From contig FMXS01000017.1 in assembly GCA_900104495.1 (NCBI GenBank), positions 1 to 32,000 on the forward strand: DNA of 32,000 bases, written 5' to 3'. The position numbers and the translations under genes are program-made. The notes under the pieces were generated by a model that had not been told where the DNA came from, made no database searches, and worked only from the letters and a program-made list of their open reading frames with translations. This DNA comes from Ruminococcaceae bacterium FB2012 (GTDB lineage: Bacteria; Bacillota; Clostridia; Oscillospirales; Ruminococcaceae). The first letter of the stretch is position 1; the number at the start of each line of letters is the position of its first letter. This document shows, piece after piece, positions 22,316 to 30,101 of the stretch.

Positions 22316-22339
22316 ATCACAGAAAATTCAAAATGTCAA
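22311..22339 (-). promoter_or_regulatory. Sigma-A promoter of the dockerin-protein gene
   Basis: The minus strand reads TTGACA-ttttgaattttctgtga(17)-TATATT with an extended TG. Confidence 0.7.
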
Positions 22340-22362
22340 TAAACCCGAAAGGAATCAACAGT

Positions 22363-24495
22363 ATGAAAAAAGATAAAAAGAAAAAGCAGAAACGCTCCGA
22401 GTATAAGGAAATGATCCTTAATCGGCTGAAACGGGCGGGCAAAAAGCCCCTCACCTTCAAGGAGCTTCACAAGAGCATGAGAAATGCCCGGGGCTTCGAC
22501 TTTGAGGAGTTCGTCATGGCCGTGGAGAAACTGAAAGCCAAGGGCACCGTCACCGAGGACAGGTACGGCCTGCGCCTCAGCACCCGCGAGGACTTTGAGA
22601 AGTGTATAGTTTCACGGCTCAACAAGACCTACGGTTTCGTGAAGAGCCTCGACACCGACGAGGAGTATTTCGTCACCGGCAAGCACCTGCAGGGAGCTCT
22701 CCCCGGGGACACCGTCCTTGTCCGCAGCTTTGAAGGCGAGGGCGAAAAGCGCGAGGCCGAGGTCATGGAGATCGCCGAGGAGGGCTTCTCCCGCTTCACG
22801 GGGGAGATCGTCTCGGAGTTCGGCTATCTTCGGGTGGTCCCCGATACGCTGTCGAAATATCCGCTGGTGTTTACCAACCCTCTCCGCTTTGAGCTTCACG
22901 AGCACGACAAGGTAATGGCCGTCATCACCGAGCGGGGCAGCAGGCACTCCGACCACCGCTGTGAGATAACCGCCTGCTTCGGAAGCTCGCTGAAAGCCGC
23001 CGTCTGTGCCCTTTCGGTGCTGGAGCTCAGCGGCATCACGCCTGTTTTCCCGCCGGAGGTCATCGCCGAGGCACGGAAGGTCTCGGACAGCTACTCCGTG
23101 AGGGCGGAGCTTTCCAAGCGTCTCGACCTCCGTGAGCAGCCGATCTTCACCATTGACGGCGCCGACACCAAGGACATCGACGATGCGGTCTCCTTCCGGC
23201 GGACCCGCTCGGGCTACGAGCTGGGAGTCCACATCGCGGACGTTTCGCATTACGTCACTCCCAAGTCGGAGCTGGACAATGAAGCCTTCCGCCGCGGGAC
23301 CAGTGTTTACTACGCCAACCGGGTCATTCCCATGCTGCCGCCGGAGCTTTCCAACGGGATATGCTCCCTTAACCCCAATGAAGACAGGCTGGCTTTTTCC
23401 TGCATCGTCCAGCTGGACCGAAGCACCAACATCAAGAGCTTCAAGTTCGTGAAAACGGTGATCCGCTCCCGGGTGAAGGGCGTTTACAGCGAGATAAACC
23501 GTCTGCTTGCGGGCGAGGAGGACGAGGCGCTGAACGAAAAATACAAGGATGTCATCAAGCAGCTGCCCGTGATGAAGGAACTTGCGGACAAGCTACGGAA
23601 AAAGCGCATCTCACGGGGGGCTCCCGAACTGGAAACTCAAGAGGGCGTGCTGCTTATCAACGAGGAGGACGTCTGCGTCGGAGCGGCGCCCTATCAGCGG
23701 GGAGAATCCCAGGAAATGATCGAGGACTTTATGCTTACAGCCAACGAGTGCGCGGCGAAGTTCGGACTTGAAAACGGTCTGCCCTTTGTCTACCGCGTCC
23801 ACGAGCCGCCCTCTGAGGAAAAGACCGAAGCGCTGAAAGAAGTGCTGGTGCGGCTGAACATCCCCTTTGAGTTTTCGGGCATCCCCAAGCCTGCGGAGCT
23901 TTCGGAGATTCTTGAAAAGGTGAAGGACACCGACATCGGGATGATAGTAAACACCGTGGTCCTGCGGAGTATGTCCAAGGCCAAGTATTCCACCGAGCCC
24001 GTGGGGCATTTCGGACTTGTGCTGGAGGACTACGCTCACTTCACCTCGCCTATCCGACGCTATCCCGACCTGACGATACACCGCATCATGAGCGATTTTC
24101 TCTCCGGCACCTCCGCCGACGACTGCAAAAAGAAGTACGGCAAGTTCGCCTATGCCTCAGCGGACCAGTCCACGCAGACCGAGCTTACGGCCATGCAGGT
24201 CGAGCGCAGCTGTGAGGACTGCTACAAAGCGGAATACCTGAAAGAGCATATCGGCGAGGAGCGCGAGGGCATCATCAGCTCGGTGACGAGCTTCGGCTTC
24301 TTCGTGACCCTTCCCGACACCTGCGAGGGACTGGTCTCGGTCCACTCTCTCGGGGAGCATGAATACGTCTTTGACGGCATGATGAGCCTACGGGACGAAA
24401 ACACCGGCGAGCAGTGGCGCGTCGGCGACAAGGTAAAAGTCAAGATAGTTTCCGCAGAGGTCAACAGCGGAAAGGTAGATTTCGAGCTGGCATAA
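22363..24495 (+). CDS. rnr: Ribonuclease R (RNase II/VacB family 3'-5' exoribonuclease)
   Basis: MKKDKKKKQKRSEYKEMILNRLKRAGKKPLTFKEL is the HTH-like N-terminus. The RNB domain is marked by IFTIDGADTKDIDDAVS...YYANRVIPMLP...HFGL...YAHFTSPIRRYPDL. A C-terminal S1 domain is present. The track start at 22168 runs through the divergent gene and promoter. ATG at 22363 has AAAGGA upstream; 22333 is an alternative. Confidence 0.92.
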   Translation: MKKDKKKKQKRSEYKEMILNRLKRAGKKPLTFKELHKSMRNARGFDFEEFVMAVEKLKAKGTVTEDRYGLRLSTREDFEKCIVSRLNKTYGFVKSLDTDEEYFVTGKHLQGALPGDTVLVRSFEGEGEKREAEVMEIAEEGFSRFTGEIVSEFGYLRVVPDTLSKYPLVFTNPLRFELHEHDKVMAVITERGSRHSDHRCEITACFGSSLKAAVCALSVLELSGITPVFPPEVIAEARKVSDSYSVRAELSKRLDLREQPIFTIDGADTKDIDDAVSFRRTRSGYELGVHIADVSHYVTPKSELDNEAFRRGTSVYYANRVIPMLPPELSNGICSLNPNEDRLAFSCIVQLDRSTNIKSFKFVKTVIRSRVKGVYSEINRLLAGEEDEALNEKYKDVIKQLPVMKELADKLRKKRISRGAPELETQEGVLLINEEDVCVGAAPYQRGESQEMIEDFMLTANECAAKFGLENGLPFVYRVHEPPSEEKTEALKEVLVRLNIPFEFSGIPKPAELSEILEKVKDTDIGMIVNTVVLRSMSKAKYSTEPVGHFGLVLEDYAHFTSPIRRYPDLTIHRIMSDFLSGTSADDCKKKYGKFAYASADQSTQTELTAMQVERSCEDCYKAEYLKEHIGEEREGIISSVTSFGFFVTLPDTCEGLVSVHSLGEHEYVFDGMMSLRDENTGEQWRVGDKVKVKIVSAEVNSGKVDFELA

Positions 24496-24504
24496 AATCA
24501 GAGC

Positions 24505-24546
24505 AAAAAGCCGTTCAGTCCAATAAAACGGACTGAACGGCTTTTT
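24505..24546. terminator. Bidirectional intrinsic terminator between rnr and the convergent flavoprotein gene
   Basis: AAAAAGCCGTTCAGTCC-N8-GGACTGAACGGCTTTTT is a 12-bp stem flanked by A and T runs. Confidence 0.85.
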
Positions 24547-25768
24547 ATGCGTTGGCGCAGGCATAGGCCGTGGAAAAGGCTATCTGCAAATTGAAGCCGC
24601 CGGTGTAGGCGTCCACGTCGATGACCTCTCCGATGAAATACAGCCCGGAGACCAGCTTGGACTCCATTGTTTTCGGGCTAAGCTCGTCGGTGCTGACGCC
24701 GCCCCGGGTGATGATCGCTTCCTCCACGGGACGCAGGGCTTTCACCGTAAAGGTCAGTTCTTTCAGCAGGTCCGCAAGACGTCCCCGCTCCTCGGCGGTG
24801 ATCTGATTTCCCTTCTTGAAGCCGCCGATGCCGCTGAGTTTGACGATCACCGGGATCATCTTCGCGGGAAGGAGCTTTCGAAGCAGGTTTGAAAAATCCT
24901 TGTTGGGCTGTTCGGAGATGTCCCGAAGGATGCGCTCTTCCAGCTTCTGCCGGGACAGTCCCGGTTTCAGATCGATGACCAGCTTATAGCGTCCCTTTTT
25001 CAGCTCTCCGATGTGGGCAGATGCCGAAAGCACCAGCGGACCGCTCATGCCGAAGTGGGTGAACAGCAGTTCTCCCAGCTCGGAGTACAGGGGCTTTCTG
25101 ACGCCCTCCTCAAAGAGGGATAGAGTGCAGTTGCGCAAAGACAGCCCCATCATTTCCGCGCACTCGCGCTCTTCGGTGACTATGGGCACAAGTGAAGGCG
25201 TGATGTCGGTGACGGTATGCCCCGCCTGTTCCGCCAGCTTGTATCCGTCCCCGGTGGAGCCTGTAACGGGGTAGCTCTTCCCGCCGCAGGCAACTATGAC
25301 CTTCGGGGCAAAGTATTCGGCGCTTTTGCTTTTCGCTCCGATGCAGACGCCCTTTTCAATTATCAGCTCGGTGATCTCGTCGGTGACGAAGCGGACGCCG
25401 GCATCCTTGCAGGCGTTCACCAGCGTCCCGCGGATGTCCTCGGCTTTGTCGCTTTCGGGGAAGACCCGATTCCCGCGCTCGGTTTTCAGCGGCACTCCAA
25501 GGCTCTCGAAGAAAGCTATCGTGTCCTCGGGAGCGAAGCGGGAAAGGGCGGAATACATAAATCTCGGGTTCCTCGGGATGTTTTTCAGCACTGTCTGAAC
25601 ATCGCAGTTGTTGGTGACGTTGCAGCGTCCCTTGCCTGTGATAAGCAGCTTCTGTCCGCAGCGCTTGCCGTGTTCGGCGACGATGACTTCCTCACCCAGC
25701 CAAGCCGACTGCACCGCGCAGAACAGCCCCGAGGCTCCCCCGCCGATGATAAGCCTGTCGCAGTTCAT
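24545..25768 (-). CDS. NAD(P)/FAD-dependent oxidoreductase, HI0933/YhiN (BaiN-like) family
   Basis: MNCDRLIIGGGASGLFCA (GxGxxG)...LITGKGRCNVTN...YFIGEVIDVDAYTGGFNLQIAFSTAY is typical of the family. AAGGAGG lies upstream. Confidence 0.85.
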   Translation of the reverse strand: MNCDRLIIGGGASGLFCAVQSAWLGEEVIVAEHGKRCGQKLLITGKGRCNVTNNCDVQTVLKNIPRNPRFMYSALSRFAPEDTIAFFESLGVPLKTERGNRVFPESDKAEDIRGTLVNACKDAGVRFVTDEITELIIEKGVCIGAKSKSAEYFAPKVIVACGGKSYPVTGSTGDGYKLAEQAGHTVTDITPSLVPIVTEERECAEMMGLSLRNCTLSLFEEGVRKPLYSELGELLFTHFGMSGPLVLSASAHIGELKKGRYKLVIDLKPGLSRQKLEERILRDISEQPNKDFSNLLRKLLPAKMIPVIVKLSGIGGFKKGNQITAEERGRLADLLKELTFTVKALRPVEEAIITRGGVSTDELSPKTMESKLVSGLYFIGEVIDVDAYTGGFNLQIAFSTAYACANA

Positions 25769-25788
25769 TCCGTGGCCTCCTTCGGCGG

Positions 25789-26670
25789 TCAGTTGTCCTT
25801 GGATTCGTTGTTGTCCGATTTTTCGTACACGTCGTATTCCTCCCAGATCTGCTCCAGGCGCTCAAAATTGGCGGAAACGCGGTCGATGTCGTTTATGGAA
25901 ACAGCCACGATAAGGGCGTTTATCAGGCTCAGAGGCGCCACGAGGGAATCCACGAAGGAAGCCATATCGCTGTGGGCCAGCAGCAGTGTGTCCGCATACT
26001 GTGCCAGAGGCGAGCTGAGAGAATCGGTGAGAGCGATGACGTGTGTGCCCTTGCTCTTTGCAAACTGAAGCGCCTTGACGGTCTGACGCGAATATCTCGG
26101 GAAGGAAATGCCGATGATGACGTCCTTCTCGTCCATGTGCATTATCTGCTCGAACATCTCGCTGGTGGTGGAGCTGTGGACCAGCTTCACCTTCGGGAAG
26201 ATCAGATTGAAATAGTAGCCGAGAAAATTCGCCAGCGGCGCTGTGCTTCTTGCGGCGATGATGTAGATCGTGTCGGCGGAGGTTATCATATCCACGGCGC
26301 GGTCAAAGTCGGCCACCGAAGTTTCCTCAAGGGTCCGGCGGATCTTTTCGATGTCGAGAGAAAGCACCCGCTCCAGCACGTCGTCCCGGGTGAGGCGGTC
26401 ATACATCACCTCGATGCGCTGAACGGCGGTGAGCTTGTTGCGCATAAGCCCTTGAAGGGCTCTTTGAAGCGCGGGATAGCCGTCGTAGCCCAGCTCGGTA
26501 GCGAACCGCACCACCGTAGACTCGCTGACTCCCACCGTGGCGCCCAGACGCTGGGCGGTCATGAAGGCCGCCTTGTCGTAATGCGACAGGATGAAATTAG
26601 CGATCAGCTTATGCCCCTTTGACAGCTTGGGCAGCCTTTCGTTTATAAGTGTAAAAAGATCCTTTTCCAT
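25789..26670 (-). CDS. MurR/RpiR-family transcriptional regulator (HTH plus SIS domain)
   Basis: MEKDLFTLINERLPKLSKGHKLIANFILSHYDKAAFMTAQRLGATVGVSESTVVRFATELGYDGYPALQ, then a SIS domain. GGGAGG lies upstream of ATG 26670. Its stop overlaps the SD of the downstream flavoprotein gene, consistent with an operon. Confidence 0.88.
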   Translation of the reverse strand: MEKDLFTLINERLPKLSKGHKLIANFILSHYDKAAFMTAQRLGATVGVSESTVVRFATELGYDGYPALQRALQGLMRNKLTAVQRIEVMYDRLTRDDVLERVLSLDIEKIRRTLEETSVADFDRAVDMITSADTIYIIAARSTAPLANFLGYYFNLIFPKVKLVHSSTTSEMFEQIMHMDEKDVIIGISFPRYSRQTVKALQFAKSKGTHVIALTDSLSSPLAQYADTLLLAHSDMASFVDSLVAPLSLINALIVAVSINDIDRVSANFERLEQIWEEYDVYEKSDNNESKDN

Positions 26671-26707
26671 AAAAAATCCTCCCACATAATACGGACGCTC
26701 CGTCCGT

Positions 26708-27589
26708 TCATTGGTCCTTTTCGGTATACACCGTCAGCTCTTTGCCGTCGGAGACAAAGGTGACTGTTCCGCTGTCCCGCGTGGTGTATATCTTATCGGT
26801 GAAGGCTTTCAGCCGCATAAGCGTCTGCTCGTGCGGGTGGCCGTAGTCGTTGGCGGCACCGCAGGAGATCACCGCAAAACGGGGCTTCACCGCTTCGAGG
26901 AAGGGCTCCGAACAGGCGCCCGAGCTGCCGTGATGTCCGGCTTTAAGCACGTCGGCGGAAAGCTCCGCGCCCTGCGCAAGCAGCTGTTTCTCTTCCTTTA
27001 TGCCGCAGTCCCCGGTGACGAGAAAGCCGTTCTCTCCGTGGGTGAGCCTTACCACCGCCGAGCAGTCGTTAAGGTCCTCCGGCAGTTCCTCGGGAAGAAA
27101 CACCGTGACGGTCAGCCCTCCCACATCAAAGCCCGCTCCCCGGGGATCTTCAAGCGCAAGGCCCTTCTCCGATGCGGCCTCTTTCAGCCGGTCATAGGGA
27201 TAGCCCTCGCCGTCCGTGTTCGGGATAAGCAGCCTGTCCACCTCAAAGGCTTCGATGATATCCGCCGCCTCGCCGATATGGTCGGAGTGGGGATGCGTAA
27301 GGATAAGGCAGTCCAGCCGGGTGATGCCGAGGCTTTTGATGTAAGAGATAACCTTGTCCCTGTCGTCGTACTCGCCGGTATCTATCAGCAGGGCGTGACC
27401 CTCCGAGAAGGCGAGAGTGCAGTCCCCTTGCCCGACGTCGATGAACCTCACCGAGGTCCCGGCATCCGCCGCCTGCGGGCGCTTGCGGAAGTCTATGGCT
27501 CCGAAGGCGGTCAGCAGCGACAGCACTAAAACGGCAGCCGCCAGCACCGCAAGAGTTATCCGGGCTTTGCGTTTTCTTGAAGGTATCAT
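26708..27589 (-). CDS. Membrane-anchored MBL-fold metallo-hydrolase (ComEC C-terminal-domain-like)
   Basis: An N-terminal TM anchor is followed by FIDVGQGDCTL...ILTHPHSDHIG (HxHxDH)...LKAGHHGS...DYGHP, a pattern typical of ComEC/Rec2-type beta-lactamase-fold domains. Confidence 0.8.
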   Translation of the reverse strand: MIPSRKRKARITLAVLAAAVLVLSLLTAFGAIDFRKRPQAADAGTSVRFIDVGQGDCTLAFSEGHALLIDTGEYDDRDKVISYIKSLGITRLDCLILTHPHSDHIGEAADIIEAFEVDRLLIPNTDGEGYPYDRLKEAASEKGLALEDPRGAGFDVGGLTVTVFLPEELPEDLNDCSAVVRLTHGENGFLVTGDCGIKEEKQLLAQGAELSADVLKAGHHGSSGACSEPFLEAVKPRFAVISCGAANDYGHPHEQTLMRLKAFTDKIYTTRDSGTVTFVSDGKELTVYTEKDQ

Positions 27590-29481
27590 TTCTTTCTGCG
27601 GGGCTTATTGTTCCCCGGTCTGCCGCCCTTCTTGTTCTGCGGGCGGGACTTCTGCTGTCTTGCCTGTTCCTCGGCTTTCATTTTCAGATACTCCCGGTCG
27701 GGCGGGACCAGCTTGCCCTCGCCGTGGCCGATAAGGTCTTGTCTGCCCGCCTTGCAGAGAGCCGTGATTATCTTCCGGCGGTTCTCGGGACGGAAGTATT
27801 GAAGCAAAGCCCGCTGAAGCGCCTTCTCCTCCGGGGACTTGGCCACATAGACGGGTTCGAGGGTGTAAGGGTCCAGGCCGGTGTAGAACATACAGGTGGA
27901 GAGCGTTCCCGGGGTGGGATAGAAATCCTGCACCTGCTCGGGGTGGATGCGGTTCTCCTTCAAAAACAGCGCCAGTTCCACCGCGTCCTGTAACCGCGAC
28001 CCGGGATGCGAACTCATAAGGTAAGGCACAAGATACTGCTCCATGCCCTCGCGGCGGTTTATCTCGAAATAGCGCTTCTGAAAGCGCTTGTAGGCTTCGA
28101 TATGGGGCTTGCCCATTTTATCCAGCACCGCCGCGGAGCAATGCTCCGGGGCGACTTTCAGCTGTCCGCTGATGTGGTATTTTATCAGCTCCGTCAGGAA
28201 TTCCTCGCTTTTGTCCTCCATGACATAGTCATAGCGTATCCCCGAACGGATGAACACCTTCTTGACGCCCTTTATCTGCCGCAGGCGCCGAAGCAGGTGA
28301 AGATACTCGGTGTGGTCGGCTTTCAGCCCGGGACAGGGCTTCGGAGCCAAACATTTCTTTCCCTTGCAGAGCCCCGCCGTCAGCTGTTTCTCGCAGGAGG
28401 GGTGCCGGAAATTTGCGGTAGGTCCGCCCACGTCGTGGATGTAGCCCTTGAAATCCGGCAGAGTGGTAAGATATTCCGCCTCTCTGACAACGCTGTCCTC
28501 GCTTCTGACCGTGACCCGCCGTCCCTGATGAAGGGCTATGGAGCAGAAATTGCAGAAGCCGAAGCATCCCCGGTTATGGGTGATCGAAAAGCGGACCTCC
28601 TTGATGGACGGCACTCCGCCCTCGGCCTCGTAGACCGGGTGATAGGTCCGCTCGTAGGGCAGAGAGTAGACCTCGTCCAGTTCCTCGGTGGTAAGGGAAA
28701 GAGCCGGGGGGTTCTGCACAAGCATTTTATCTCCGTGGCGCTGGATCACCGTCCGCCCGTAGATCTCGTCCTGCTGATCGTACTGGATCCGGCAGGCCCG
28801 GGCGTACATTTCCTTGCTCTCGCAGACTTCCTTGTAGGACGGACACTGCACCGCACCGATGGGCGTTTCCTTCGGGTCGCAGAGATAGCAGGTCCCGCGG
28901 ACGTCCCTTATCTGTGAAACGGGCTCGCCTGCATTGAGCCTGTCCGCCAGTTCGACAATGGAATGCTCGCCCATTCCGAACATCAGAATATCGGCGCCGC
29001 TGTCAGCCAGCACCGAAGGCATGACCGTATCGTTCCAGTAATCGTAATGTGCAAATCTGCGCAGGGAAACTTCAAGCCCTCCGCAGAGGATAGGTATTTC
29101 GGGGGCGGCCTTACGGCACATCAGCGAGTAGACCGTTGCGGCTCGGTCGGGACGCTTCCCGGCCTTGTTCCCCGCGGAATAGGCGTCGTCGGAGCGTTTC
29201 TTCTTCGCAGAGGTATAATGCGCCACCATGGAGTCGATATTCCCGGCGGAGACCAGCCAGGCAAGCCTCGGCTTTCCCAGCCGAAGGAAGGCGTTGACGT
29301 CATGCCAGTCGGGCTGGGCGATGATGCCGCAGGTATAGCCGTGATGCTCCAGCACGCGGGTAATGATAGCGCACCCGAAGCTGGGATGATCCACATAGGC
29401 ATCTCCGAGGATATAGACGAAGTCAAGCTGTTCTATGCCCCGCTCTTTCATATCCTTTCTGCTTATCGGCATAAAAGCCAT
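27586..29481 (-). CDS. ygiQ: YgiQ-family radical SAM protein (UPF0313)
   Basis: MAFMPISRKDMKERGIEQLDFVYILGDAYVDHPSFGCAIITRVLEHHGYTCGIIAQPDW is the YgiQ N-domain signature. The radical SAM CxxxCxxC is GCFGFCNFC. It has a basic K/R-rich tail. Its stop overlaps the next start (ATGA). Confidence 0.88.
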   Translation of the reverse strand: MAFMPISRKDMKERGIEQLDFVYILGDAYVDHPSFGCAIITRVLEHHGYTCGIIAQPDWHDVNAFLRLGKPRLAWLVSAGNIDSMVAHYTSAKKKRSDDAYSAGNKAGKRPDRAATVYSLMCRKAAPEIPILCGGLEVSLRRFAHYDYWNDTVMPSVLADSGADILMFGMGEHSIVELADRLNAGEPVSQIRDVRGTCYLCDPKETPIGAVQCPSYKEVCESKEMYARACRIQYDQQDEIYGRTVIQRHGDKMLVQNPPALSLTTEELDEVYSLPYERTYHPVYEAEGGVPSIKEVRFSITHNRGCFGFCNFCSIALHQGRRVTVRSEDSVVREAEYLTTLPDFKGYIHDVGGPTANFRHPSCEKQLTAGLCKGKKCLAPKPCPGLKADHTEYLHLLRRLRQIKGVKKVFIRSGIRYDYVMEDKSEEFLTELIKYHISGQLKVAPEHCSAAVLDKMGKPHIEAYKRFQKRYFEINRREGMEQYLVPYLMSSHPGSRLQDAVELALFLKENRIHPEQVQDFYPTPGTLSTCMFYTGLDPYTLEPVYVAKSPEEKALQRALLQYFRPENRRKIITALCKAGRQDLIGHGEGKLVPPDREYLKMKAEEQARQQKSRPQNKKGGRPGNNKPRRKK

Positions 29482-29507
29482 ACCGTCACCCCCCGACGCC
29501 TTAACGG

Positions 29508-30095
29508 TCAGTGCAGGCCTCTCGACTGCACCCACGAATAGTAGTTGTTTATATCGTCAAGCTCATACTCATAGGAAAGCTTCGGCTCGAAGCTCTGCAC
29601 AAGCATGTACGCTTCTTCAAGCACCTGCTCTTTTGTCCTGCCCGAGACATCCAGGCTCACTTCATTCGGGAGCATCGGGCGGGCAAGATGCTTCTTCGCA
29701 ATGCTCTCTGCCATTTCGGGATCGTACAGGCCGCCCTCGTTATCGCGGCGGTGATCCATCTGAGAAAGCAGCTGCCGGATATCGCTTGACACGAGCCTTA
29801 ATATCATAAAGCTCTGACCTTTGAAGATCAGCGGAAGCTCACGGGCGCGGAGGTCGTCAAAATCGAGTATCACGATATTGTGAAACCCGAGACCTCTGAA
29901 ATACTCCGCCTGTCTGAGCAGACAGCCCCAGCAGACCTGCTCCTCGCAGATGCCTGCATCTTTGACGAAGGGCGGTATCTCAAATTCGGGGACGGCATTC
30001 TGCTCGATATACGCCCCGCCCAGCTTTTTGTAAAGCTCTTTGGCAAGCGTTGTCTTGCCGACGGCGGGTGCGCCGATGATAAATATGAAATCCAT
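29508..30095 (-). CDS. Small P-loop NTPase / kinase-like protein (195 aa), unassigned family
   Basis: The Walker A motif is MDFIFIIGAPAVGKTTLAKELY and the Walker B-like strand is HNIVILDFDD. It starts 6 nt after the ftsK stop and ends 26 nt before ygiQ. Confidence 0.7.
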   Translation of the reverse strand: MDFIFIIGAPAVGKTTLAKELYKKLGGAYIEQNAVPEFEIPPFVKDAGICEEQVCWGCLLRQAEYFRGLGFHNIVILDFDDLRARELPLIFKGQSFMILRLVSSDIRQLLSQMDHRRDNEGGLYDPEMAESIAKKHLARPMLPNEVSLDVSGRTKEQVLEEAYMLVQSFEPKLSYEYELDDINNYYSWVQSRGLH

Positions 30096-30101
30096 ACCGA
30101 C

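Noticed and set aside
22168-22362. Upstream extension of the rnr ORF (track start 22168), and analogous over-extended starts at 1354, 2620, 4325, 4781, 4868, 11892, 12809, 22298, 26685 and 29535
   Set aside because: The extensions overlap neighbouring genes or promoter hexamers and lack an SD. Internal starts with good SD spacing give canonical N-termini. The 2620 case remains genuinely uncertain.
25735-25745. Apparent extra C in the C-run near the 5' end of the flavoprotein gene when counting printed bases, which would frameshift the gene
   Set aside because: The supplied ORF track reads straight through (MNCDRLIIGGGASG...) with consistent coordinates. This is most likely my own counting error in a homopolymer run, so I do not report it as a pseudogene. 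It is the reason small-motif coordinates are quoted as accurate to about 1-2 nt.
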